64,000 nucleotides of DNA from Scyliorhinus canicula (Eukaryota): positions 49,411,391 to 49,475,390 of the forward strand of contig NC_052165.1 of NCBI RefSeq assembly GCF_902713615.1. Direction: 5' to 3'. Numbering within the stretch: position 1 is the stretch's first letter; each line of letters begins with the position of its first letter. Positions 1 through 12,951 of the stretch are shown here, one piece after another. The translations under genes and the position numbers were made by a program. The notes beneath the pieces were generated by a model that saw nothing but the letters and a program-made list of their open reading frames with translations, was not told the DNA's origin and did no database searches.

Positions 1-261
1 TGTGAGAGGTAGAGCAAATTGTCCCTCTACTCTCCACAGATTAGAACAATGAGAAGTGATCTAATTGAACCATACTAAACTCTGATGTGCCTGACAGGGT
101 TAATACAGAGGTTGTTTCCGTTGGCCGAGGAACCTGGAACACAGGAGCAGTCTCAGGACAAGTCATTTAAGATTAAAATGAGAACAAATTTCTTCACTCA
201 AATTCTCTACTCCAAAGAATTGCTCCATCATTGACTACATTTAAGGCTGAGATAGACAGAT
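1..261 (+). mobile_element. CR1 LINE 3' fragment (continues 5005-5152 after the L1)
   Basis: Degenerate CR1 tail, collinear with the CR1 copies at 7250-7500 and 29600-29950. Confidence 0.75.
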
Positions 262-734
262 CTTTTTCCATTTTTTGAAGGAAGGTATTTATTCCAAACA
301 CATGTAACAACAGAAAAATATAAAATACACAGACCATAAACTCATAGTCCACAGTTTATAGAATTTTTCCCCTTTTATCCCCTCCCATCCCCCTCCACCA
401 CCAACAAACAACTCCACAAATAGCATCATGAATAACCCCACTGCAACTCGAAGCTCTCCTCTAACCCCCTCAACTCAAATTTAATCTTCTCCAACCAGAG
501 AAAGTCCCCCAGCCAAGACGCCACCCCCAGCAGCATAACTGATCTCCATTTTAACAGGATCCTTCGCCGGGAAATTAGAGAGGCGAAGGCCACAACATCA
601 GCCCCCTTCCTCTTCAGAAGCTCCGGCACTTCTGATACCTCATAAATCGCCACCATGGGATCGGTCTTGACCTCCACCCGATAGCGTCCCAAACACTGCC
701 TCCCAGTATCTCTCCAGATTCTCGCAACTCCTGA

Positions 735-1075
735 ACATATAGAACATAGAACAGTACAGCACAGAACAGGCCCTTCGGCCCTCGATGTTGTGCCGAGCAA
801 TGATCACCTTACTGAAGCCAACGTATCCACCCTATACCAATACCCCCCCAATTAACCTTATTTTTTTTTTAGGACACTAAGGGCAATTTAGCATGGCCAA
901 TCCACCTAACCCGCGCATCTTTGGACTGTGGGAGGAAACCGGAGCACCCGGAGGAAACCCACGCACACACGGGGAGGACGTGCAGACTCCGCACAGACAG
1001 TGACCCAGCCGGGAACTGAACCTGGGACCCTGGAGCTGTGAAGCATTTATGCTAACCACCATGCTACCGTGCTGC
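735..1075 (-). mobile_element. HE1-type V-SINE
   Basis: tRNA-like head, V-domain core and a CR1-derived tail ending in (TGTTCTA)n. Near-identical to the other copies in the window. Confidence 0.9.
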
Positions 1076-3814
1076 ACATCATTGGTCGACTCCCGCCCAC
1101 GTCTCACACCCAGCTGCCACCCCGTGGAAGAACCCGCTCACCCTCGCCCAAGTCACGTGTACACTAGTCACCACCTTGAACTGAATAAGCTCATTCTCCA
1201 GCAGGAGGAGGTTGAGTTCACCCGCCACATCGCCTCGCACCACCGCCCCCAACCTATTTTCTTCCCCAATCCCTCCTCCCATTTCCTCTTGATCCTCACC
1301 ACTTGCACCCCGCCCTGCTCTCCAAACTACCCATATATATGCCCTTCACCAACCCATCCGAACGCAGCAGTTGCTCCAACAGTGTGTACTCCAGCAGCTT
1401 CGGGGAATGCCTTCCACTCCTCTTTCCATGCAAAGTCCTGCACCTGCATATGCCTGAGCTCACTGACCCTCAGCAGCTCAAACCTCTCTCGCAGCTCGTC
1501 CAGTCCCGCAAACTTCCCTTCTGATAAGAAGTCCCTAACCCGCTCCAGCCCCACCTCCCTCCATTTCACATACATTCCATCCATTTCCCCCTGGCTTGAA
1601 CCTGTGGTTCCCACAGTGGCGTCAGCACCAATATACTTTCCAACTTAAAATGCATCCTCAATGGTTCCACACCCTAACCATCGACTGCACCACCAGGCTC
1701 CCCGTATACATCCCTGGGATAACAGCAGCAAAACCATCACCCTGGCTCTCAGACTCAATGCCCTACAGAAATCCTCTTCCAACCTAAACCCCACCCCCAA
1801 CCATCGCCAAACCCCCCCCCCCCAACCATCGCCACACCCCCCCCCCCCAAACCATCACCTCACCTTTTCAACATTCGCTGCCCAATAATAATGCAGCAGT
1901 TAAGGGAAAGCCAACCCCCTTGCTGTCTCTGCCTCTGGAAGAGCCCTCTATATCCTCTACACTTTCCCCGCCCATATGAACTCCGAGTTCAATGCCTCCA
2001 CCCTCCGGAAGGCCTTGGGTTGAAAGACAAACAAAAACCTCGGCAGCACATTCATCCTCACCACCTGCACCCTCCCTGCCAGCATCAAGTGCAAAGTGTC
2101 CCACCTCTTAAAATCCCCCTAAACCTCCTCCAGTAGTGTTGTCAAATTCCACCTGTGCATCGTGGCCCACTCTCGCATCACCAGAATCCCCAAATAACTA
2201 AACCTCTCTCTAGCTACCTTAAACGGCAATGCCCCCAAATTGGCCCTCTGCCCCGCCACATTCACTGGAAACACCTCGCTCTTCCCAACATTCAACTTAA
2301 ACCTGGAGAAGGCCCTGAACCTCTTCAACAGTCCCATGACCCTGCCTATACTCTCCAGCTGGTGCGACACAAACAACAACAGGTCGTCCGTGTACAATGA
2401 CACTCTATGCTCCCTGCCCCCTCACAATCCCTCGCCAATCAGCAGACCCCCGAAGGGCTAGCGCCAAGGGCTCAATTGCCAATGCGAATAACAGCAGCGA
2501 CAGTGGGCACCCACCTCGTTCCCCTGAGCAATCCAAAATCTAAAGAACTCATCATGTTCGTGCGCACGCTTGCTACCAGGGACGTACCCATTCCACAAAC
2601 TTCGGCCCAAACCCAAACCTTCCCAGAATTTCAAACAAGTACTTCCACGCCACCCGATCAAAACGCCTTCGCCGCATCCACAGAAACAATAACCTGGGGC
2701 ACCCAGTCCCCCGACGGAATCATAACCACGTTTAACAGCCTCCTGATATTGATCGAGGGCTTCTTGCCCTTCATAAAATCCATTTGATCCTCAGAAACCA
2801 CCCCTGGCACATAATCCTCCATCCTCTCCGCCAGCACCTTCGCCAATACTTTCACGTCCATATTCAACAATGAGATGGACCTGTACGACCCACACTCCAG
2901 CGGATCCTTCCCCTTCTTCAGTTAGTGTAATCGACGCCTATGTCTCTCCGCCACCATGGAGCCCTCAGCATCCCCAGCAGCTGAGGTGCCAACTTTGTCA
3001 CACACATCTTATAAAATTCCACTGGAAAGCCATCCGGCCCTGGGATTTCCCGCGACTGTATTCCCCGGATACTGTTTATCACCTCCCTGAGCCCCAGTGG
3101 CTCCTCCAACGCCTGCCTCTTCTTTTCCTCCAACTCTGGAAACTCCAATTCATCCAAAATCCATCCACTATCCCCCTCCTTCTTGGCCTAATACAACTTC
3201 TCATAATACCCCCCGAACACCTCACTTATCCACCCAGGCTCCATCACCACCTCCCATTCTCTGCCCACACCCTTAAAATTTCCCTAGACGCTGCCTGCTG
3301 CTGCAGCTAGTGGGCCACCATGCGGCTCACCACCTCTCCGTATACGTACGGCAACTCACACAACCTCCGTAGCTGCCCCATCGCTTTGCTCATCATCAAC
3401 CGATCAAACTGCCCCTGCAGCCTCTTCCTCTCTGCCAACAACTCCTTAGTGGGTGCTGCTGAGTAGCTCCTATCCACCACAACTGCAGCCACCAATGCTC
3501 TTTCCTCCTCCTATCCCTGTTCACTTGAACGAGATAACCTTCCCACGAACCACTGCCTTCAGCGCCTCCCAGAACATGGCTGCTGACCCGTTCTGATTAA
3601 GCTCCAGAAAATTCCCAATCGCCAGTCTCACCATTTCAGAAATCACCTTACCTGCCAAGAGACCAGAGTCTAACCTCCACCCCGGCCTCTGCACCTGCCC
3701 CGAGCTAAGCCTCACCCCCAGCCAATGTGGCACATGATCCAAAATCACAATTCCCGCATCCTCCACCACCACCGCCTGAATCACCACGAAGATTTTAAGA
3801 ATACACCTGATACA

Positions 3815-3916
3815 CATGCAAGACAAGTCACACAACATGCAAGACAAGTCACACAACATGCAAGACAAGTCACACAACATGCAAGACAAGTCACACAACA
3901 TGCAAGACAAGACAGT

Positions 3917-3946
<30 letters not shown>
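3815..3946. repeat. 21-bp tandem repeat x4 followed by (CA)n
   Basis: CATGCAAGACAAGTCACACAA repeats, then a CA microsatellite, inside the L1. Confidence 0.9.
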
Positions 3947-3947
<1 letters not shown>

Positions 3948-6421
3948 TGCGAATTTAACCTCTTCATTCCACCCCATCCCTCAGTTCGCCCCCAGCTTAT
4001 GGTCCCTTATAAAATTGTTCGCTCGCTTTCTCTGGCATCTCAAAATAATACTCCTGACTGTCGAATGTAACCCAAAGTCTTGCCGGGTACACCGACCCAA
4101 AACGAATCTTCCGTCGATACTATACACCCTTGGACTTGTTGAATCCTGTGCACTTCTTCGTCAGCTCCTCACCAATACCCTGCTATATCAGGACTCGATT
4201 ACCGTCCAATTTGCAGTCTCACTTTGCCCCAGCCCACACGAACTTGTGCAACCGCATAATCACCGCCCATGGCAGCTCCCCTGCTCTCGGCCTCAAGGAC
4301 CTGTGGGCCCGATTCACCTCTGGGGCCTTGTCCAGCATCTTTCTCTACAGTCTGGCCAACATCCTAGAAACATACTTTGTGGCGCGGATTCCTTCAACAC
4401 CTTCCGGTAGAATCACAATCCGCAAGTTCTGTCATCTGGACCTGTTCTCCGCTCCTCTGCCTTCATCCGTAGTGATTTGCATAGATCCCTCGGGATCCCC
4501 ACCATCTCCTCCAAAAAGACACAATCCGTACGCTCTGGTCGGACACCACCTTCTCTACCTCTCGTATTGTAGCCCCTTGCACCTCAGGGCACTTCTCTAC
4601 CCAGTCCAATGACCCTCGTAGGGGTGCCACTGCTCAAACCGTCTTCTACCAGTCGTCATGCATCTCCTTCCTTTGCTGGCGAAATTCCTCCTTGATGAAG
4701 GCCATCAACTGCTCCATCGGAGGCTTTCCCAACGACGGCGACCGTCCCCCCTCCACCCTTCTCGAAATTGGTGCTGCGCCACACGTCTCCTCTAACTCCT
4801 TAGCCAGGTCTTTAACTGTCTTCTGTCGAGTCTGATAGCCAGTAGACATGGCAATCTTGGGAGAACCTCTTGTCCTACACATTCCATACCAATCGTCTGC
4901 TGAAATTACCCTACTAGTGAGTGTAAAGTGCCCAAACCAACGTCTTCAAATCGGAACCGCCTTGTGTGCGACTACTCACTCCATGGCCGTAACCGGAAGT
5001 CCCCGAGATAAACAGATTCTTAGTCATTCAGAGAATCGAACAATATGGGGAATGAGCTGGAAAGTGAAGCTAAAGGCCAACATCAGCCATGATCACACTG
5101 AATGGCAGCACAGATTTGACAGGCTGTATGTATGGTCTACTCCTATCTTGTATTAATGCCTTATTTTAATTGCTCCATCACTGGAAGTTGTGATTTTAAT
5201 TAGCTAGGCTTCAAGTTCTTGAATTTCCTACCTGTCCCTCTCCACGTCACTTTCCTCCTTTATGACACTTGTTTGACCAAGCTTTTAGTCATCTGACGAA
5301 ATATCTCATTATCTTAAAATTATTTTATAATGTTCCTGTGAAGCACCTAGGAATGTTTCCTTACCTTGAATGCTCCATACAAATGTAAGTTACTGTTGTT
5401 CAATCATCCAAAAGTCAATCTAAATCTGGAGCTTTCTCTACCACATGAAGTAGTCGTGTCAAAAAGTACAGATGCATTTAAGGAGAAGCTAGATTGCTCA
5501 ACAGTGAAAAGTACGAGTGGCAACCCATGCACCCCCATCCACCCGGTCCTGCCCCACCTGTGACATAGATGGTAGGTCACACATTGGACTCGTAAGTCAC
5601 CCGAGAACTCATTATTAGTGTGGAAGCATCCTCGACTCCAAGGGACTGCCTCAGGGAAGAGAAGACAAGGAATGAAAAAATATGTCGATAGGGTTAGATG
5701 GTAGGGCTGGAAGAGGTTTGTGTGGAGCATAAACACAAATGGTCTCAGTCGTGTAATTTTATGTGATTATGTAATTCACACAGTGATCAGAAGCATTGAC
5801 TTCCTTGTGTTGTCTCAACATTGAAAACTGCTTTATGACTTCACAAAGTATCAGAGCTTCAAAACCATTATGACATCAATTATTATAAATACCACAAAAA
5901 TTTATTTTTTGATATTAAGTGAAATGCACTTAACATCTTGTACAGTCTACGTAATGGCATCACAATAACTTGCTATTACTAGGATACATGTATGATGTAA
6001 AAGATTTTCAACAATAAAAATGTCACAATAAAACCCTTAACTGGTTGAACAGAAATGTTACATATGGAAGCACAACATCTCTAACCACCATCTCTTTAAT
6101 TAAATAGTTAGCGCCAGTTTAAAATTTGGCCGATGGAAATATAAACAGCCCACACAATTACAAAAACTCCATCTCAAAGTTTCTGCAGTTGTCTATCCCT
6201 GAAAACAGAGTCAAACAAAAATTATTACGAATTCCATTTTCTTATTTTGACAATGTGGGTAATTAAATCTTAAACATGAACAATGGAACTACAATTCACA
6301 ATAAACCTCAAAGATTGGCAGCTGAGCCATAATATTAACATCAATTTCATCATGAACCGAACAGGGTACAGTTTGTAACATCCCAGTCAACAAATTCCAT
6401 TCATAGCAACAGCTAGAGAAA

Positions 6422-7602
6422 GTGTCCAAAGCGGTTGATGTGGTGTATATGGATTTTAGTAAGGCGTTTGATAAGGTTCCCCACGGTAGGCTATTGCAGA
6501 AAATAAGGAAGTATGGGATTGAAGGTGATTTAGCGGTTTGGATCAGTAATTGGCTAGCTGAAAGAAGACAGAGGGTGGTGGTTGATGGCAAATGTTCATC
6601 CTGGAGTTCAGTTACTAGTGGTGTACCGCAAGGATCTGTTTTGGGGCCACTGCTGTTTGTCATTTTTATAAATGACCTGGAAGAGGGTGTAGAAGGATGG
6701 GTTAGAAAATTTGCAGATGACACGAAGGTCGGTGGAATTGTGGATAGTGCTGAAGGATGTTATAGGATACAGAGGGACATAGATAAGCTGCAGAGCTGGG
6801 CTGAAAGGTGGCAGATGGAGTTTAATGCGGAAAAGTGTGAGGTGGTTCACTTTGGAAGGAGTAACAGGAATGCAGAGTACTGGGCTAATGGCAAGATTCT
6901 TGGTAGTGTAGATGAACAGAGAGATCTCGGCATCCAGGTACATAAATCCCTGAAAGTTGCCACCCAGGTTAATAGGGCTGTTAAGAAGGCATATGGTGTG
7001 CTAGCCTTTATAAGCAGGGGGATTGAGTTTCGGAACCACAAGGTCATGCTGCAGCTGTACATAACTCTGGTGCGGCCGCTCCTGGAGTACTGCGTGCAGT
7101 TCTGGTCACCACATTATAGGAAGGATGTGGAAGCTTTGGAAAGGGTTCAGAGGAGATTTACTAGGATGTTGCCTGGTATGGAGGGAAGGTCTTACGAGGA
7201 AAGGCTCAGGGACTTGAGGTTGTTTTCGTTAGAGAGAAGGCTGAGAGGTGACTTAATAGAGACATATAAGATAGTCAGAGGGTTAGATAGGGTGGACAGT
7301 GAGAGTCTCTTTCCTCGGATGGTGATGACCAACACAAGGGGACATAGCTTTAAATTGAGGGGTGGTAGATATAGGACAGATGTCAGAGGCAGTTTCTTTA
7401 CTCAGAGAGTAGTAGGGGTGTGGAATGCCCTGCCTCCAACAGTAGTAGACTCGCCAACTTTAAGGACATTTAAGTGGTCACTGGATAGACATATGGATGA
7501 AAATGGAATAGTGTAGGTCAGATAGGCTTCAGATGGTTTCACAGGTCGGCGCAACATCGAGGGCCGAAGGGCCCGTACTGCACAGTAATGTTCTATGTTC
7601 TA
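6422..7602 (+). mobile_element. 5'-truncated young CR1 LINE with an open RT C-terminal frame (364 aa)
   Basis: VDVVYMDFSKAFDKVPH, SGVPQGSVLGPLLF, KFADDTK, LEYCVQFWSPH, FFTQRVV. The 3' UTR ends in TGTTCTATGTTCTA. Confidence 0.95.
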
Positions 7603-8129
7603 ACATGATGAGGGGACACTCACCCAACAGAGCTGAACACCCAAAATTAACTTATAGCTTTGAACTAAGAATTATACCTGATATCCACCCATTAATCATT
7701 TGAAGATTGCACGAGTCAAAAGAACTCCACTGTACAAAGCTAACTTTCATATTTTCAAAACTGTTCAAGGTACACTGAAAATTGGATTTATTAACAATAT
7801 CTTAAAAAGTGAGCAAAACAACAAGGGTGCTGCAAACTCCTGTGCAAAGGAAGTTTATGAAGTCAAGTAACACAGAAAGATAACTGAACATAAAGAGGAA
7901 AAGGTCCCAAATTCAGCCTTCCCAGTTTGTTACACATTTATGCGCCGACAAATCTTTTTTAAAAAACACCAAAATGGAAAAGGGAATCAGCGCTATTCAA
8001 AAGAGGATTTTGCACTAAAATCACCGCCCTCCTGATAGCTAACAGTCGCAAACTGTCTGGAATACTGCATACAGTGGAAAACCCACACATCTAGACATTA
8101 ACAACAGATTTTGCCCAAAATGCTGCTCT

Positions 8130-8720
8130 CCAGCGGGGGAGTGCAGACATCCGATCAAAGTCATGCCGAGCCAGCCCCGCACACAGGCGGGGGATCCAGA
8201 GTGCTGGGTAAGCAGCCTTGGACCGTCTCCCCCCCTGCCCACCCGGCTCCTTCTCTACCTGACGCTGTAATAGGACATCTCTGGGCGCCCGTTGCTATGG
8301 TGCTGGCGGCAGCTCCCGTCTCCCGCTCCCGCTCCGTCACTGAACTCCCACTTACTCAGGAGCCCGGGCCCCTAGCAACGCACCCTCCAACAAAAACCAT
8401 TCCCATTGGTCCTCCCCTCTCTCCCCACGTCATCCCATTCAGCCACAGGCTTTTCTAATCAAAAGTCCCGCCTTGAAGCGTCTCCTGGGGAATAACGCGA
8501 GGGCCCTCCCCCAACACCCAAAGTCTTGGAATCGTCTCACTCACTCGGTGATGTTTAAGCAGTTCCTGGACAATGTCCGCAGTAGTGTCTCCGTGGCCTC
8601 CCCCGGCCTGGCTGCGGACAGACCTTCAGACTGCGCTGCTGAAATGGAAACCAACTGCGAGACCTTTGAACAAACCAGGGGAGCAATGCCAGCCCTGACT
8701 GCTCCCCGGCTGATTTGCAG
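8130..8720 (-). promoter_or_regulatory. CpG-island promoter with RFX X-box-like sites
   Basis: GC/CpG-rich unique sequence. GTTGCTATGG at 8291-8300 and CCTAGCAAC at 8371-8379; a CCAAT box on the - strand near 8405. Confidence 0.6.
8259..8278 (-). CDS. TULP3: probable TULP3 first coding exon (MSYYSV+AG, phase 2); rest of gene likely beyond the left edge
   Basis: cagagATGTCCTATTACAGCGTCAG|gtagag in a CpG island, downstream of and co-oriented with RHNO1 as TULP3 is in human. TUB/TULP3 first exons are short and end in AG at phase 2. The assignment rests mostly on synteny. Confidence 0.6.
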
Positions 8721-9096
8721 TCGGGTCTGCCTCTTGGGTAAATGTTATGAACAACCATCTACTCTGAAAAGTGGTTTCTGATTTCACTCAGCAGTCTGGT
8801 TCTATTAAGATCATGCCCCGCTGTTCTGGATGCCCCCCACCATACTCCCAGCCGTATCTATCCTACCGAACCCCTTTATCATTTTAAATAAACACCTCAA
8901 TTAGATTTCCAAACTCAAGGGAATATAAACCAAGTTTATGCGACTCGTTCTCACGTTATTTGTGAAGTCCACATTAAGGTGACTTAATTCTGCCGAGTCT
9001 GTTCTGCTCTATCTTCCCGAGGCCAGTATAACTTTCCGGAGGTGAATAGATGGAGGCTGATTTACGTTACTGGATTTATCATTACAGTATTACAGC

Positions 9097-9430
9097 GGGC
9101 AGCACGGTAGCATGGTAGTTAGCATAAATGCTTCACAGCTCCAGGGTCCCAGGTTCAATTCCCGGCTGGGTCACTGTCTGTGCGGAGTCTGCACATCCTC
9201 CCCGTGTGTGCGTGGGTTTCCGGGTGCTCCGCTTTCCTCCCACAGTCCAAAGATGTGCGGGTTAGGTGGATTGGCCAGGCTAAATTGCCCTTAGTGTCCT
9301 AAAAAATAAGGTTAATGGGGGTTGTTGGGTTACTGGGATAGGTATACGTGGGCTTGAGTAGGGTGATCATTGCTCGGCACAACATCGAGGGCCTGTTCTG
9401 TGCTGTACTGTTCTAATTCTAAAAAAAAAA
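9097..9430 (+). mobile_element. HE1-type V-SINE
   Basis: GGGCAGCACGGTAGCATGG head, B-box-like GGTTCAATTCC, same core and tail as the other copies. Confidence 0.9.
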
Positions 9431-9467
9431 TATAGTTCACTGCTTATTTGTCACTCAATGGGGAGAT

Positions 9468-9637
9468 AAATGAAATGAAAATTGCTTGTCACGCGTAGGC
9501 TTCAATGAAGTTACAGTGAAAAGCCCCTAGACTCCACATTCCGGCACCTGTCGGGGAGGCTGGTACGGGAATTGAACCGTGCTGCTGGTCTGCTTTAAAA
9601 GCCAGCGATTTAGCCCAGTGAGCTAAACCAGCCCCTG
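9468..9637 (-). mobile_element. short tRNA-derived SINE (second family; also 17308-17478)
   Basis: The two copies share GTTAC(A/T)GTGAAAAGCCCCTAG...GGTACGGGAATTGAACCGTGCTGCT. Confidence 0.75.
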
Positions 9638-11086
9638 TTTTTTAAAAAAAAAACAGAAACAAAAGAAGAAAGCGAAATACTGTGGATGCTGAAAATCTGA
9701 AGAACAAAAAATGCTGGAAAAATGCAGCAGGTCTGACAGCATCTGGAGCGATAAATCGAGTCAACGTTTCGAGTCAGTGTGACTTTTCATCAGGAAAGCA
9801 TTTATGAAGAAAACTGAAAACTGAAAAATGAAGAAAAAATAAATCTTTTTTCAGCAAAAGATAGAACATACAAAAGATGAGATGTAATAGTGATTTTATG
9901 TAACAACCCGAATAAGACTGCTGTTGGAATATTGTGTTCAGTTAAACTGCATACTGTATAAAATTGATTTGGCGATAGAGATGGTAGTTTAGATGCTGCC
10001 TGGTTTGAGGAACTTCAAATCTGAAGGAAAAGTTGAAGGAATTGGAGCAGTTTATGTTACGGAGGTTTCATGAAAGAGTTATGAAGACATGGAGTGGGTA
10101 GAAACAAATTGGTTGAGGGTTTTAGAACAAGATACTATGTGTGAACTTTGGACAGGACATGACAAGAGACTTTTTGGTAGAAACACAGAAGGTTCAGACC
10201 ACAGAATACACTATCAGAGTAGTATAAAAACGTATGAGAACAGAGAGGAGATGTGTAGAATTATATCTACTATTGAGGTGGAGGATAAAGATCAACATAG
10301 GTTGAAAGTGGTAACAGGGGAAGTAAAGAAACAAAAGATGTGTCAAGAGTGAATTACAGAATAATCAACAAGTACCACTCAAAAAAGCAAGAGAGTAAAG
10401 CCAAAACCAACAAAGAAGAATGAAACAAAATGGAGGTAGAGGTTATGGTCAAATGATCAAACTCATTGATGACTATGAAAGATATCATTATGACCACAGC
10501 AGATGTTAATTGCTGAGCATTCTGAAAACGAGACAAAAACTGCAGCAAGAAGTCCAGTAACACGTTTGGTATTTTAAAAATTAAAATGAGGATCACCTGA
10601 TGCTGGCACAGGAATGGCAGCGTATCTGCAGGCTTTGGTGCTACTCACTTTTTAATCCTTCATTTATCCTGTTTAAGCAGCACATACTTACCTAATCCTG
10701 GAGTGAATACACAGTGGTCCCGAGTAGATTTCTGGCTGCGCATTGGAGAAGAAATGCAGAGGAATCTTAAGAAAATTGGCGATAGAAGGGTTCAGTCGGA
10801 TGCAACTAGGTTGGAGAAATATGGCGACTGGATCCTTGAGTGGGCTTTTCAGATTGTGATTGCAAACATCATTGGAGTCAAAGACAACAAACTTAACTTA
10901 CTGACACAGAATATTAGTGCCCTCATGATACCAAGCTGCCGAGTACTAATAAAAGGCTCAAATAAACAGAGGAAAGAATCCTGAATTTTGAAAATGTAAC
11001 TTGCTCAGCTGAGTCCCTCAGCATGCAATCCTTCGAAAACTAGTTGCATGGTATGTCAGAAATCCTGGAGGATCTGGAGAACCAAG

Positions 11087-11690
11087 TGTTATGGGCCAGG
11101 GTTTAGAGAACCCCAAAGTGTATCATGGAGTTCACCTGACCCACAACTTTTAATAGATTGTGGTATGGGGAGCACACGGCCCACGCTACAGGTGTGGTAC
11201 AGCAGAAATGGAAAAAGTATTTTTTAAAGCAAAACAATGTTTATTCTATGAACTCTATGAAAGTTAACCTTTTTAAAACATCTAGTGAACAACTTAGCAA
11301 CCATTAATTCAAATACAACCCCCAAAGAATACAACACTAAGTAATCCGTAAGCTGTCCTTTTAACAGAAGCATATTAGGTTTACATTCACTACTGAGAAC
11401 ATTTATAATTCTGAATTCACCAAATGATCAAAAGATAGTCTTTTCATGGCAGAGAGTACAACTGTACACCTGCTCTGTCTGGCTTCAGCTCCATCACTGA
11501 AAAAGAAACTAAAACACACCCTGCAGCAAACAGCCTAAAACAAAAGTAAAAAGCTGACAGACAGCCCAGCTCCACCCACTCTCTGACATCACTGCTGTAG
11601 TAAACACCCATTTCTTAAAGGTACTCTCACTACAGATATATACACATCCATTTATAAACACCCGTTTCTTAAAGGTACTCTCACATGACA
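11087..11690 (-). mobile_element. solo LTR (Gypsy-like), 604 bp
   Basis: Termini TGTTAT...ATGACA, perfect 4-bp TSD CAAG (11083-11086 and 11691-11694), AATAAA on the - strand, internal 30-bp direct repeat. Confidence 0.85.
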
Positions 11691-11733
11691 CAAGGCCAGA
11701 AGAAAAATGTGCAGATCGTCAGTTTGCCAGTTT

Positions 11734-12068
11734 GGGCAGCACGGTAGCATGGTGGTTAGCATAAATGCTTCACAGCTCCAGGGTCCCAGGTTCGATTCCC
11801 GGCTGGGTCACTGTGCGGAGTCTGCACGTCCTCCCCGTGTGTGCGTGGGTTTCCTCCGGGTGCTCCGGTTTCCTCCCACAGTCCAAAGATGTGCGAGTTA
11901 GGTGGATTGGCCATGCTAAATTGCCCGTAACGTCCTAAAAAGTAAGGTTAAGGGGGGGTTGGGTTACGGGTATAGGGTGGATTCGTGGGTTTGAATAGGG
12001 TGATCATGGCTCGGCACAACATCGAGGGCCAAAGGGCTTGTTCTGTGCTGTACTGTTCTATGTTCTAT
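11734..12068 (+). mobile_element. HE1-type V-SINE
   Basis: Full copy with the B-box GGTTCGATTCC and the CR1-type tail. Confidence 0.92.
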
Positions 12069-12951
12069 GAATGAAGGGTAAGATCTCTATTAAACTTTTT
12101 GAGACCTGTCTACCACGCTTTCTTAAGCAGGATGTGAAAGCTGGGCATATCAAGTTGGAAAGGGCACATCATACCCTGACTTTGAGGCCCAGGGTCAACC
12201 AACATCCCCAGCATGTAATTATTCATTTTCAAAACTTGATGGGTCACCAGAGAGTACTAGAGATGGCGAGGCATGGTGGGACCTGGCTCCATGAGGGGGG
12301 AAAACATGTTTTTCTTCCAAGATTTCTTGACAGCAATACAACAGAAGCATGGAAACGTCAATGAAGTTAGAAAACTACTCAAGACAATTGGAGTGAATTA
12401 TGCCCTGCTCTATCCTGTGACACTGAGGGTAACATCTAGCAACTCTGTGAAGACGTTCGATAATCTGTCCAGTACCTTGGCCTTTGTGAAGTCCATAGAC
12501 TAATAATTTGGAATAACAGTCTGCAGCTCATTGAAATATCTGGGCTCTGTCCCTGTCATAATGTCTCTTGTCTGATCTTATGTTGCTATTTATCATGTTA
12601 GCAGGAAGGTGTTACAAATTGAGCACTATACTGAATGTTTTATCCTTAAGAATCTCAGGGACTTCTATTTACCTTGAATGGAAAACACCCTTCAGCGTGC
12701 CACTTCTAGCGCTGTGTAAGTGGTATGGTAGTTGGGCCGTAAGATAGATATGTCATTTTTTTCTTCTCCATATATTGGTTTTTTAGTATCCTTACTTTAA
12801 TCATGATAGAAATGAGTGGCGCTATTGCTGGGAGGTGGATGAGAGGTTTAGGTCTTCATGGGTGGAGTCAAAATATAGGAGCGGCATTTAGCTCCCATTC
12901 TCATTGTGGCTTCTCATTTTTCTGAGAAGTATGTCTCCTGATTGTAACCAG

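Larger units (their letters stand above)
262..5004 (-). mobile_element. near full-length decayed L1 LINE with TSD, inserted in a CR1 3' end
   Basis: 5' end GGGACTTCCGG near 5003. ORF1 pieces near 4100-4880; endonuclease and RT pieces ([31 protein letters not shown]). AATAAA at 288-293 and an A-tail. TSD GAGATAGACAGAT at 249-261 and GAGATAAACAGAT at 5005-5017. Confidence 0.88.

Noticed and set aside
6422-7516. 364-aa RT ORF as a possible domesticated gene
   Set aside because: It is a 5'-truncated CR1 with a non-ATG start and an intact LINE tail; youth explains the open frame.
9097-9180. tRNA-like A/B boxes and the recurrent MVVSINASQLQGPRF ORF
   Set aside because: This is the head of a multi-copy SINE, not a tRNA gene or a protein family.
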